A stretch of DNA of 64,000 nucleotides, taken from NCBI GenBank assembly GCA_900539625.1, contig UQCW01000002.1, positions 74,455 to 138,454 of the forward strand. The letters are read 5' to 3'. Positions within the stretch are counted from its first letter, which is position 1, and each line of letters opens with the position of its first letter. Position numbers and translations under genes: made by a program. This document shows, piece by piece, positions 1 to 9,391 of the stretch. This DNA comes from an uncultured Prevotella sp. Lineage in GTDB: Bacteria; Bacteroidota; Bacteroidia; Bacteroidales; Bacteroidaceae. The notes below the pieces were generated by a model, which was given only the letters and a program-made list of their open reading frames with translations, had not been told where the DNA came from and did not search any database.

Positions 1-1066
1 TGTACACAATTTCGACCATTTGCTCTTCATGCCCTCCGACCTCACCATCGGTGCGGAGTATAACCACGATGGCTTGAAAGACGTCATTCTCGGTTACGAC
101 CGTCATTTCAAGCAAGACGTCAACATCGGCAGCTTCTTCTTCCAAAATGAATGGAAAAACAAGCAGTGGAGCTTCCTCCTCGGCGGCCGTTTCGACAAGC
201 ATAACCTTGTGGATCGCGTCATCTTCAGTCCGCGTGCCAACCTGCGTTTCAACCCCACGGAGAAAGTGAACCTGCGCATCACCTATGCCGGTGGATTCCG
301 TGCGCCACAAGCGTTTGATGAAGACCTGCACGTGGGCGTTGTGGGCGGCGAAAGACTTGTCACCGTCTTGGCCGACAATCTGAAGGAAGAACGCTCCAAC
401 AGTCTCAGCGTCTCTGCCGACCTCTATCGCAAGTTTGGCTCGGTGCAGACCAACCTCTTGATTGAAGGTTTTTACACCGACCTCAACAACGTTTTTGCCC
501 TCCGCAAGCTCGATCGCCCCGACGCACAAGGCAATACGGTGCAGGAGCGCTACAATGCCTATGGTGCTAAGGTCTTCGGATTGAACCTTGAAGGAAAAGC
601 GATGTTCACCCGTTGGTTTACGCTCCAGGCAGGCCTCACCTTGCAGCAGAGCCACTACGACGAGGCGATTGCATGGAACGACGAAGTGCCCGAGCAGAAA
701 TATAAGAAAATGATGCGCACGCCCAACGTCTATGGTTATTTCACGGCCTCCTTCACCCCAGTGAAGCAACTCACGGCTTCGCTCACGGGCAACTACACGG
801 GCAGCATGCTCGTGGGCCATTCAGCAGGCTCTGGCGTGGAGACCCCTGTGGCCGTGAATACGCCGAAGTTTATGGAAATGAATTTGAAACTGGCTTACGA
901 CTTCCCCGTCAGCAAGAGCTTCACGCTTCAAGTGAACGGTGGCATTCAGAACCTCACCAATTCATATCAGAAGGATTTCGACAAGTCGTGGAACCGTGAT
1001 TCCAATTATATCTACGGCCCTTCTCTGCCAAGAAGCTACTATGCAGGCGTGAAGGTGGTCTATTGA
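1..1066 (+). CDS. TonB-dependent outer-membrane receptor, C-terminal portion (5' end outside window)
   Basis: Reading frame is open from the window edge, so Met at 20 is not the true start. Composition is beta-barrel-like: alternating hydrophobic residues, Gly/Asn/Tyr/Thr-rich. Aromatic C-terminal residue (…YYAGVKVVY). A strong terminator follows directly. Confidence 0.5.
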   Translation, partial: VHNFDHLLFMPSDLTIGAEYNHDGLKDVILGYDRHFKQDVNIGSFFFQNEWKNKQWSFLLGGRFDKHNLVDRVIFSPRANLRFNPTEKVNLRITYAGGFRAPQAFDEDLHVGVVGGERLVTVLADNLKEERSNSLSVSADLYRKFGSVQTNLLIEGFYTDLNNVFALRKLDRPDAQGNTVQERYNAYGAKVFGLNLEGKAMFTRWFTLQAGLTLQQSHYDEAIAWNDEVPEQKYKKMMRTPNVYGYFTASFTPVKQLTASLTGNYTGSMLVGHSAGSGVETPVAVNTPKFMEMNLKLAYDFPVSKSFTLQVNGGIQNLTNSYQKDFDKSWNRDSNYIYGPSLPRSYYAGVKVVY

Positions 1067-1095
1067 TGCCGCTCTTCGTTCCATCATTCCCCGAT

Positions 1096-1199
1096 ACAAG
1101 TCATCTACTCGCGGCCGCCGGTAACGCTACTCGCGGCCGCAGGTAGCACGATTCGCGGCCGAGGGTAATGCTACTCGCGGCCGCGAATCGATGACTTGT
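1096..1199. repeat. GC-rich palindromic repeat element (MITE/REP-like)
   Basis: 10-bp terminal inverted repeats ACAAGTCATC / GATGACTTGT flank 3 direct ~22-bp repeats, each carrying GCGGCCGC (4 NotI-type sites in 100 bp). GC-rich island in an AT-rich convergent intergenic region. Confidence 0.5.
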
Positions 1200-1227
1200 C
1201 ATAGGAATCAGGGAAAGCGTATAAAAC

Positions 1228-1272
1228 AAATCCCCGCAGGCACCTGTTGTTCAGATGCCTGCGGGGATTTTT
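1228..1272. terminator. Bidirectional rho-independent terminator
   Basis: Perfect 14-bp stem AAATCCCCGCAGGC…GCCTGCGGGGATTT with T-runs on both sides, between the convergent TonB-receptor and manC genes. Confidence 0.75.
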
Positions 1273-1296
1273 CGTAAATGTCAAGCGGGGACGGGA

Positions 1297-2655
1297 TTAT
1301 TCGATGTTCGTGTTCCAGTCCCAATCAAAGCGTTCGATGTCCTCTTCGATGAGCGGGTTGCCCGTCTGCACCTCGATGAAGGTGAGGTCTGAAAGCGCTT
1401 TGATGGCGTGGAAGTGTTCCTTTTTGATGACCAGCACATCGCCCCTCGAAACGCGTTTTTGCACGCCGTCGAGCACGAAGATGCCTTCGCCGTCCACGAT
1501 GGTCCACACTTCTGCGCGGTGGTGGTGGATTTGGTAGCTGATGTTCTTCCCCGCTTTCAGCGTGATGCTCTTCGTGAGCGATTGCAATCCGTCGGGGTAG
1601 GTCACGCAGTCGAGCACGCGGTAAGTGCCCCAGCGGCGTTCTTCATACATGGGGCGCGTTGACAGTTCGCGAACGGCATTCTTGATGTTTTTCGATGCCG
1701 TTTTCTCACACACGAGAATGCCGTCGGGCGAGGCGGCAATTATGATGTCGCGCAGTCCGTCGCAGAAAACGGGAATGCCCAGTTCGTTCACCACGTGGGT
1801 GTTCTCGTTGTGTTCGCCCATCTTCACGTTGCCGATGTGCGTGCTCGGGAGCACGTCGCAGAGCGTGCTCCACGTGCCGAGGTCTTTCCATTCGCCGTAA
1901 AACGGCACCATGACCAGGGATTTCTCGCGCTCCACCACCTCATAGTCGAAACTGATTTTTGGGAAGGCGCCAAACGCCTTGCAGATGTCACCATAGCTCT
2001 CGCCTTGTGCGTACTTCCCGACGATGTCTGTCATGTAGCCCAGCCGGAAGGCAAAGACACCAGCGTTCCAGCAAGCCCCCATTCTGAGAAGGCGGCGCGC
2101 TGTCTCCGTGTCGGGTTTTTCGAAGAACAACTCCACCTCCTGCACTTCGCTGCCTGCCGCTGTGTCTTCTTTCGGCAGGATATATCCGAATTTGTCGCTG
2201 GCGTTTTTGGGCTTCACCCCCATGAGGACAAGGTCGGCCTTGTTCGCTTCCACCGCTTCCGCCATCCTCTTGATGATGTCGAAGTAGCTGTTTTCCGTGT
2301 AGACGTCGCAGGGCATAACGACGACCACTTCGTCTCTGCCACATCCCTTTTCCTTGGCCAAGAAACTCGAGGCAAGCGCAATGGCAGGGAACGTCCCCCT
2401 GCGCTCCGTTTCCGCAACGATGTTGATGTCGTTGCCCAGTTGGTTGATGATGTTGTCGCGCTGGGCGGTGTTGGTGGCCACGGTGATATCCTTCGTCTGG
2501 AGATTTTCGCGAATCTGCCGCACCAGTCGTTGCAGCATCGACTCCGTCCCTCCTGTTGGCGACGCGAGCAGGGGAAGAAACTGTTTGCTGCGCCCGTCGT
2601 TATTGAGCGGCCACAGTCTTTTGCCCGATCCTCCTGATAGTAATATGAGTTGCAT
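1297..2655 (-). CDS. manC: Mannose-1-phosphate guanylyltransferase (GDP-mannose pyrophosphorylase) with C-terminal cupin domain
   Basis: 452 aa. N-terminal nucleotidyltransferase motif MQLILLSGGSGKRLWPL; C-terminal cupin/mannose-6-P isomerase-like domain. ATG verified at 2655. Confidence 0.85.
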   Translation of the reverse strand: MQLILLSGGSGKRLWPLNNDGRSKQFLPLLASPTGGTESMLQRLVRQIRENLQTKDITVATNTAQRDNIINQLGNDINIVAETERRGTFPAIALASSFLAKEKGCGRDEVVVVMPCDVYTENSYFDIIKRMAEAVEANKADLVLMGVKPKNASDKFGYILPKEDTAAGSEVQEVELFFEKPDTETARRLLRMGACWNAGVFAFRLGYMTDIVGKYAQGESYGDICKAFGAFPKISFDYEVVEREKSLVMVPFYGEWKDLGTWSTLCDVLPSTHIGNVKMGEHNENTHVVNELGIPVFCDGLRDIIIAASPDGILVCEKTASKNIKNAVRELSTRPMYEERRWGTYRVLDCVTYPDGLQSLTKSITLKAGKNISYQIHHHRAEVWTIVDGEGIFVLDGVQKRVSRGDVLVIKKEHFHAIKALSDLTFIEVQTGNPLIEEDIERFDWDWNTNIE

Positions 2656-2743
2656 CTGTTGTTTTTATTTGTTATGTGGCAAAAGTAGCAATTTTTGTCA
2701 GGCGGCCAAAAGATATTTCTGCAAATCTTTGGTCACGGCAATG

Positions 2744-2797
2744 AAAAGCACGGATTGCCGCTGGCGCAGATGCCAGGCCAATCCGTGCTTTTTTATG
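2744..2797. terminator. Compound hairpin with T-run (terminator/attenuator-like) in the manC upstream region
   Basis: AAAAGCACGGATTG…CAATCCGTGCTTTTTT stem enclosing a smaller CTGGCGCAGATGCCAG hairpin. No plus-strand gene is upstream. Confidence 0.3.
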
Positions 2798-3095
2798 AGG
2801 TGTTTCGTCTTCGTTCCTTGCGAACCAACTGAGAGCCTTAGGCTGGTTCTGCAATCTGATGCATTTGCAACTCTCTTCAAAACCGCGTGTCGCATAAATC
2901 TCCTCGGTTCTGGCGAAAATCTTCTGTTTTGTGATGTCTCTGTGCTTGAAACCCATGAGATTGATGTATTGGAGCGAAATATCTGGTTGTGGATTTGTAG
3001 TTTTGGAAATAACTTCGTATTTTTGCAGCAACAGTTCCCACCACGCTTCCCGAAGAACAGCGAACCAGGGTGGGACTTTTGCTTTTTATACACCT

Positions 3096-3860
3096 ATGAG
3101 ATATTCAAAACAGCCATTAGATTTTACCGATATTCTCAAGCTCTTGAAATCACGTGGTCTTATCATCCGGGATGAAAGTAAAGCCATCGAATGTTTGAAT
3201 GTCATCAGCTATTTCCGTCTGGATAATTATTTTCACCCAATGGAAAGCGACAAAATTTTGCACACATTCAAATCTAATAGCTATTTTGAAAACGCAGTTA
3301 GTCTGTATGCGTTTGACTGCAAATTGCGTGTGCTTATATTTTCGGCTATCCAATCAGCAGAGATTGCCTTGCGTTCAAAGATGATACATCATTTTTCTTT
3401 GTGTTATGGTGCTTTCTGGTTTACAGACTATACATGCTTTAGAAACCGGGACATCTTTGACAAATGTCTGAGCCAAATCAAGCAAGAACTTTCTCGCACA
3501 AGAGAAGATTTCATTATCGAACATCAGAACAAATATTCAGACCCAGTTTTTCCTCCAGTGTGGAAAACTCTTGAGGTCACGTCGTTTGGAACGCTTTCAA
3601 AACTGTTCTGTAATTTCTCCGACAACCACGTAAAGAAAAGAATTGCTCGTGAATTTAATCTCCCCCAGCATCTCGTTCTTGAAAGTTGGATTAAGAGTGC
3701 TGTCGTCTTAAGGAATTGTCTTGCACACCATTCCAGGATTTGGAACAGGAAGTTTCCTGTCAGGCCGCAAGTCAATGTTGCTTTGCGTGGCAATTGGATT
3801 AAGCCGTTAGTGGGGAATGCAGATAAACTCTATCCGCAAGTCTATACTATGGTTTTGTAA
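3096..3860 (+). CDS. Abortive-infection protein, Abi_2 (AbiD/AbiF-like) family
   Basis: MRYSKQPLDFTDILKLLKSRGLII…SYFRLDNYF… is the N-terminal signature of Abi_2-family proteins. ATG at 3096 chosen; the ORF-track start 2931 adds 55 aa of implausible low-complexity leader. Confidence 0.65.
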   Translation: MRYSKQPLDFTDILKLLKSRGLIIRDESKAIECLNVISYFRLDNYFHPMESDKILHTFKSNSYFENAVSLYAFDCKLRVLIFSAIQSAEIALRSKMIHHFSLCYGAFWFTDYTCFRNRDIFDKCLSQIKQELSRTREDFIIEHQNKYSDPVFPPVWKTLEVTSFGTLSKLFCNFSDNHVKKRIAREFNLPQHLVLESWIKSAVVLRNCLAHHSRIWNRKFPVRPQVNVALRGNWIKPLVGNADKLYPQVYTMVL

Positions 3861-4205
3861 CCCTTTGAAAACCAGTTGATATATAAATATATGTCTTTTT
3901 CAAGAAACAATACAGAAACAAAATGTCAGAGAAACAACATTTTCGCATTTTCCTTGTTTCCTATTGTTTCTTTGGTTTCTGTTGGTTGCATTTTAAGGCT
4001 TAGCTGAAAAATTCATCAGTCTATTTCAACCGTATACAACCTTCAAACAATCCCAAATGATTTACAATTGACGGAATCATTGATATTTTCATGCTGGCAA
4101 AAAGAGAGATAGATTCCAAGAATCCTCTTGGTTTACGACAATAACAATGCCATTTCATATCTATGCTTCACTTGCCATACTGTTGCAAAGGTACATAAAT
4201 TTCTC

Positions 4206-4552
4206 CATATATACTTTACTTTGGTTTAGCCTATATATAAAGGCTAACCCGTAAAGTGAACTATTCCACATAAACCATACTGCCATTTGTGAGTCGCAGC
4301 CAAAAGAGAATATGCGCATAATGCTTGTGCGTACCTTTCTCTTTTCACTGCAATCATCCCATTTTACACCCTCATCCCCACATTTACAAAAATCACTTCA
4401 CATATATACTTTACTTCGGTTTAGCCTATATATAAGACTAACCACGTAAAGTGAACAATTCCATATAAACCAGATTGCCATTTGTAGGGTTACAGCCAAA
4501 AGAAAAAGCTGCACATAATGCTTGTGTGCAACTTTCTCTTTTGGCTGCAATC
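4206..4552. repeat. Two tandem copies of a ~150-bp unit (period ~195 bp) with nested hairpins
   Basis: Copy 1 at 4206-4355 and copy 2 at 4401-4552 are ~85% identical. Each contains CAGCCAAAAGA…TCTCTTTTGGCTG stems enclosing a TGCACATAATGCTTGTGTGCA hairpin. No ORF. Confidence 0.6.
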
Positions 4553-4844
4553 GTTCTGGTGTACGGTTGATATTCCATCTTTACACTGACCACCTTTCTT
4601 TTCGCTGCATACTTGGGGACTTGTAGATAATAATTGTGTTGCAAAGGTACTTCTCATGTCTTCTGCCTTGCAAGGTCTGCGCCTTGCGGTTCATCGGAAA
4701 AATCTCCACCTCGGTTGACACTGAGGTTGTATTTTACCATGAAACCTTGCATGCAGATACATGAGACCTTTTGAGGCAACATAATTTTATCAAATCCCCA
4801 AGTAGCTGTAGCTATAAGAGGGAAGTAACAAAACTTAAAAACAA

Positions 4845-5432
4845 ATGATTATGGCAAACTTATGCGACACACAGTACAAAATCACAGGTGAGAAGAAAGC
4901 CGTTGCCGACCTGTGGAACACGCTTCAAGAAATGAACGTAAACGAAAAGAATATCTGGCTCGGTGATTTGGCGAACCATTACGGCATCGACTACAAGGCA
5001 AAAGGCTTTTCCGTTCGTGGTGAAATCTATTGGGCGGAATATGAAGAATATAGTAACTATGCTTTGCTGTCGTTTGACACGGAAACGGCTTGGGCTGCTT
5101 GCAACGACTTCTTCGATGCGCTGAACGAGAAGTTTGACGGAGCGTTGTCTATCAGCTATCGGGAAATTGAATGTGGCTGTGGCATTTTCTATGTTCACGA
5201 CGAGGGTGAGCATTTTCCCGAAGAATGTTGCGTGAGTGCGTACGGAGAACCGTTTGAAGCAATGAATGAAGAACCTTTTGACACCGTGGCTGACGCAATA
5301 GAGGTATGGTGCGAGAAAACTGGCATCAAGCGTGGCAAACGCTCTGATGAAGAAATGTTGGAATACATTGCCCAGTACGAGTATGAAGACGATGAAACAT
5401 TCTTCTTTATCAATAAGTTTGAGTTTGAATAA
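4845..5432 (+). CDS. Hypothetical acidic protein
   Basis: 195-aa ORF with a clean ATG, no overlapping alternative and a Glu/Asp-rich C-terminus. No recognisable motif. Confidence 0.5.
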   Translation: MIMANLCDTQYKITGEKKAVADLWNTLQEMNVNEKNIWLGDLANHYGIDYKAKGFSVRGEIYWAEYEEYSNYALLSFDTETAWAACNDFFDALNEKFDGALSISYREIECGCGIFYVHDEGEHFPEECCVSAYGEPFEAMNEEPFDTVADAIEVWCEKTGIKRGKRSDEEMLEYIAQYEYEDDETFFFINKFEFE

Positions 5433-5452
5433 TATTATAGGAGGAACAAAAT

Positions 5453-5629
5453 ATGATTGATTATGATGATTTGGAAGGTATCGTAGGTTGCTATTGCACC
5501 TTAGTTTATCCGTATCGAGGACATTCAGAGGGTACGGTTGTTGCTGATTACGGACATGAGGTAATTGTCCGGCTGAATAACGGCAAGGAGCTGACCGAGT
5601 ATCGGAGTGACGTATTGATATACGAATAA
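5453..5629 (+). CDS. Small hypothetical protein (58 aa)
   Basis: ATG preceded by AGGAGGAACAAAAT, a strong SD that is unusual for Bacteroidales. Encodes MIDYDDLEGIVGCYCTLVYPYRGH… It is below the ORF-track cutoff; the frame was verified by hand. Confidence 0.35.
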   Translation: MIDYDDLEGIVGCYCTLVYPYRGHSEGTVVADYGHEVIVRLNNGKELTEYRSDVLIYE

Positions 5630-6378
5630 AATCTAAATGAATAGCCTGCTCACATTCTGTGGGCAGGTCTTATTATCCAAAGCAATAGCCTTTTTTATCC
5701 TAAGAAATTTGGGCAACGTTTGTCAGCGTCGCCTCTTCCTTTTATACTCATATCTGTCAATCCTTTAGCCAAACGCAAAAGCGTACAAAACCGCCTTATA
5801 CTTCTGGATGACATTCTTCTCTTTTTAATGCGGCTGCAGCTTGTTGCAACTCCACTTTTCCACGACGCTACTTGTTTTGTGAATCATACTTGCTTGATGT
5901 GCAATGCCAATGCTTACGTCTATTCATTATTGTACTTGTACGTCTCAACTGGAGTATCCCCATTTTCATGTCAGCACCAATGTGCTCTACGTCATGACTC
6001 ATGTTGATGATAAATATCTGCAATGGTTCTCTCCATTCTTCTGGTACGGCTGCTTTGATAACTGCTTTACGCTCCATAGTGTACGTCTTCCGCAAGCCTA
6101 CATTCCGTTACTTGTTGTTCATGCGCCTTTTCTGAATTTGTTCTTCCGAAGCCACTCATTTTTTCAGTGCAAATTTAGCGTGATGCTACGATAACTGCCA
6201 TTATCTTGTGAGGTCGCTTCGCTGTGACCAATAAAATAGTCGATAATCTTCCTTTTTCTCCTAACCGCCAACAGAAAACGAGTATTAAAGCCGATTTTCA
6301 TGGTGCTTTCCTCATGTGCCACATCTCTGCTTTGGGTTGCATGTAAAAATTAAGTTTAACTTCAAAAGCAAATTCAAA

Positions 6379-6765
6379 ATGAAAAAGATCGAGAACAACT
6401 TCACAGTAACAGGTTTCGTAGGCAACAATGCGGAAATCCGCCAGTTCACCACAGCAAGCGTAGCTCGCTTCTCATTGGCAGTAAGCCGTCAGGAGAAAAA
6501 CGGAGAGGAAACCAACCGTGTATCGGCTTTCATCAGCATGGAGGCATGGCGCAAGAACGAGCACACCGAGTCTTTTGACCAGCTGACAAAGGGAACACTC
6601 CTGACAGTTGAGGGTTACTTCAAGCCGGATGAATGGATTGATCAGCAAGGCACCAAGCACAATCGCATCGTTTTCATCGCCAACAAGTTCTATCCAGCTT
6701 TGGAAAAAGAGGAACCTGGTGCAGAAAGCACTGAGCAGCCTACCACTAAAACAAAGAAGAAATAG
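6379..6765 (+). CDS. ssb: Single-stranded DNA-binding protein (OB-fold SSB)
   Basis: MKKIENNFTVTGFVGNNAEIRQFTTASVARFSLAV… is the typical SSB N-terminus, and the tail is acidic/Lys-rich. ATG at 6379 rather than the 6316 ORF start. Confidence 0.7.
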   Translation: MKKIENNFTVTGFVGNNAEIRQFTTASVARFSLAVSRQEKNGEETNRVSAFISMEAWRKNEHTESFDQLTKGTLLTVEGYFKPDEWIDQQGTKHNRIVFIANKFYPALEKEEPGAESTEQPTTKTKKK

Positions 6766-6784
6766 TCTTCTTCCTGATCTACAG

Positions 6785-6814
6785 ACAAGGCGGTTTCGAC
6801 CGCTTTGTCTTTTC
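6785..6814 (+). terminator. Rho-independent terminator after ssb
   Basis: GACAAGGCGG-TTTCGA-CCGCTTTGTC hairpin followed by TTTTCT. Confidence 0.6.
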
Positions 6815-7591
6815 TCATGTTTGCATATTCCACTTTTATCAAATCTTTCTCCTCTTGTACATACCATGTACCTCCTTTTATAATCAGTCTGAAATATTTT
6901 GTCCCAACAGTCTTGGCTTCCGTGGCATCCACAACGGATGCTAATAAAGGCAAGACCTTTGCGCCAAAGGTATATGCGGAAACACACTTGCCGTAAACGT
7001 CAAGAGAGTTTCCTTAATGCATATACCGCATATTTCCAGCTGTCCTATCTTTTATATGCGGATAAACCGTAAGCCGATATTTATACAACTACGTCCCACA
7101 CCATAAGCGAAACCGCACATACTGTTTGTCAGAAAGGCTCAACAGCCACTCTTCCAAAGGCAAGCATGCACAGATTGTGGTTTTGTTGACAACGTGAAGC
7201 GGCATATGCCGTTTTCATGTCGCCAACAAACCACAAACAGTGCATCGAGAAGCTTGCTGGCAGTAGCGCAGTTTCACACCCGCCCTTTCCTCTTTTATAT
7301 TCTTCATCATCTTTTTTCTTTTTACAGTATTATACTTCTGTTGTAGCCATATTGGTTTCCTGTCAGCTTTGCCACTTCGGATATTTACCGCAAAGGTACA
7401 AGTTGTCAGGCATACGTCAAATCGGGCATCTATGGATGCTTTCGAAAAATCTTCCTCTGTATGTGCCATATAGAGCGTATTTTTCTCTTCCGATTTGTCT
7501 TAATGCTTTCCAACTCCTTTGCATGGCGGAAAAATATCCCTCGGACAAGCCGAAAGGCTCCGAAAAGAGGGAAATAAAAAATTCCAAGACT

Positions 7592-8170
7592 ATGGCAAAG
7601 GTAATAGACGAGAGTATCAAAAAACAACTTAGCAAGAGGATGGATTTCTTCTTGAAGTATTTTCCCGTAAGGGTTCGCAACGTCGGTAAGGATGCAGTGG
7701 AAGCACGCCAACTGATATGGGCTTTCAAGGATGCACGTGACAACGCTTTTGAGAAAGTGGCACAAATGACGGCTACACACCTTATCAAGATATGCGGTGA
7801 GAAGATTAAAGACATTGTGTTTGTGTGCGTCCCTGCAAGCACGCAAGATAAGAACGAGAGCCGTTACAAGGCTTTCTGCAATCGGGTAAGCGAGTTGTGC
7901 GGCATCCTTAATGGCTATACTCACGTTTCCGTTTCGGGGGAACGCCTCGCAGTGCATGAACACAGAAAGGATAAAGAAAAAACGCTCGTCAAAACACAAG
8001 TGATTGAGTTTGACAAAGATTTTTTCAAGGGCAAGGACATTTATGTCTTTGATGATGTGGTAACGACCGGCGCAAGCTATGTACTTTTCGCCAATCAGCT
8101 GGAAACATTTGGCGGAAACGTATTGGGAGGGTTGTTCTTAGGACGTACACACTATAAATACAACAAATAA
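7592..8170 (+). CDS. Phosphoribosyltransferase-fold (ComF/GntX-like PRTase) protein
   Basis: C-terminal type I PRTase motif IYVFDDVVTTGAS. ATG at 7592 (alternative 7523); the upstream 125 aa of the ORF track are low-complexity and unlikely to be coding. Ends 1 bp before the next gene. Confidence 0.55.
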   Translation: MAKVIDESIKKQLSKRMDFFLKYFPVRVRNVGKDAVEARQLIWAFKDARDNAFEKVAQMTATHLIKICGEKIKDIVFVCVPASTQDKNESRYKAFCNRVSELCGILNGYTHVSVSGERLAVHEHRKDKEKTLVKTQVIEFDKDFFKGKDIYVFDDVVTTGASYVLFANQLETFGGNVLGGLFLGRTHYKYNK

Positions 8171-8171
8171 C

Positions 8172-8660
8172 ATGGAACAGACTTTTTACATAAAAGCCAA
8201 TTCAGTAGCTTTTACGGGACATCGCTCAGTTCCCGAATCCAAGAAAGATAATTTGAAAAAGAAACTGAGGGGAAAGATTAGATTGCTTTATGCAATGGGT
8301 ATACGAAACTACTATTGTGGTATGGCTATCGGTTTCGATATGCTTGCAGCTGAGGTGGTTTTATCGCTAAGGTCGGAATTGCCATATCTGAAGCTTATCG
8401 CTGTTGTTCCGTTCAAGGAGCAGTCAGTGAGATGGAATTATCAGGAGCAAGCAAGGTATAAGAGATTACTTTCTCAATGTGATGATGCTATCACGTTGAG
8501 CCAAGTCTACTATAACGGTTGCTTGTTAAGACGCAATGACTATATGCTTTCCCATTCATGTGGCTTGATAGCGTTCTTTGATGGCAAACCGAAAGGCGGT
8601 ACGTTCTACACTTATCGAAAGGCAAAGTCATTGGGAATGGATATTATAAATCTGTTTTAG
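8172..8660 (+). CDS. DUF1273/YpsA-like SLOG-fold protein
   Basis: 162 aa with the pattern FTGHRS…GMAIGFD…FFDGKPKGGT, as in DUF1273 (SMF/DprA-LOG superfamily). Tightly coupled to the upstream PRTase gene. Confidence 0.55.
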   Translation: MEQTFYIKANSVAFTGHRSVPESKKDNLKKKLRGKIRLLYAMGIRNYYCGMAIGFDMLAAEVVLSLRSELPYLKLIAVVPFKEQSVRWNYQEQARYKRLLSQCDDAITLSQVYYNGCLLRRNDYMLSHSCGLIAFFDGKPKGGTFYTYRKAKSLGMDIINLF

Positions 8661-9035
8661 TTCATAAATTCATCTATGGAAGGTTCTTCGTCGTGAGATG
8701 CGGAGCCTTTTTTCTTTTCATCTTCACGATGACGCTTACATAGTCCACGTATACGTGGACATCCACACTTCTAACACAATAACCAGGGCATTGGTTGTTG
8801 TCTTGCCTATTTCAGCGGTCTCGTCTGTAGTCAGATGCCTTGAAACCGCCCCACAATGCACGAAGGACAATTTTGAGAACGTAAAAGACAACAAAAAAGA
8901 TAAGTAAATCTTTCATAAGATGAATTTTATTAGTTATTTAAAACGTTATATGTTATACAAAGGTACGAATATTTATTGAGAAAGATGAATTTTATACGTT
9001 AATATTCAATAAGTTAGACTTGATTTCTACAGTCA

Positions 9036-9383
9036 TCAAACCCTACTATAAGCCAAATCTGGCAATTCGGTCTTTACCAAATCGTATGACTCTTTTATCC
9101 ATTCTTCAATCATGTCGTTAGGGAAAGTCTCCTCAATAAAAATGTCATTCCAATGTTTCTCGCAAATGTGGTATGCTGGAGAAATGGCGTTGTATCGTTC
9201 ACGCAGCTCTTTACCACGCTCAGGCAACAACTTAACAGAAATAGAAGGGATAGGAGCTTTTAACCATACATACAGGTATATGTTTCCTTCCATATGGAAA
9301 ACCAACAAATTTTCTCCACATGGCATTGCTTTCTCTGTGTTTGGTAATGACTGACAGTAATCTTGTATCTCTTGAATGCTCAT
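9036..9383 (-). CDS. MmcQ/YjbR-family putative DNA-binding protein
   Basis: 115-aa ORF with length and motif pattern consistent with the YjbR family. Weak, sequence-only call. Confidence 0.4.
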   Translation of the reverse strand: MSIQEIQDYCQSLPNTEKAMPCGENLLVFHMEGNIYLYVWLKAPIPSISVKLLPERGKELRERYNAISPAYHICEKHWNDIFIEETFPNDMIEEWIKESYDLVKTELPDLAYSRV

Positions 9384-9391
9384 TGTTGTTT

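Noticed and set aside
1795-2637. 280-aa plus-strand ORF, and also 2354..3175 (273 aa)
   Set aside because: Both run antisense to or overlap the well-supported manC gene. Their composition is Arg/His/Cys-rich shadow-ORF-like, and neither has an independent promoter or coupling signal.
7217-7591. N-terminal 125-aa extension of the PRTase ORF as drawn in the ORF track
   Set aside because: It is low-complexity and Ser/Phe/Leu-rich. Internal ATGs at 7523 and 7592 give a protein that starts just before the conserved PRTase domain, so the extension is more likely 5' leader.
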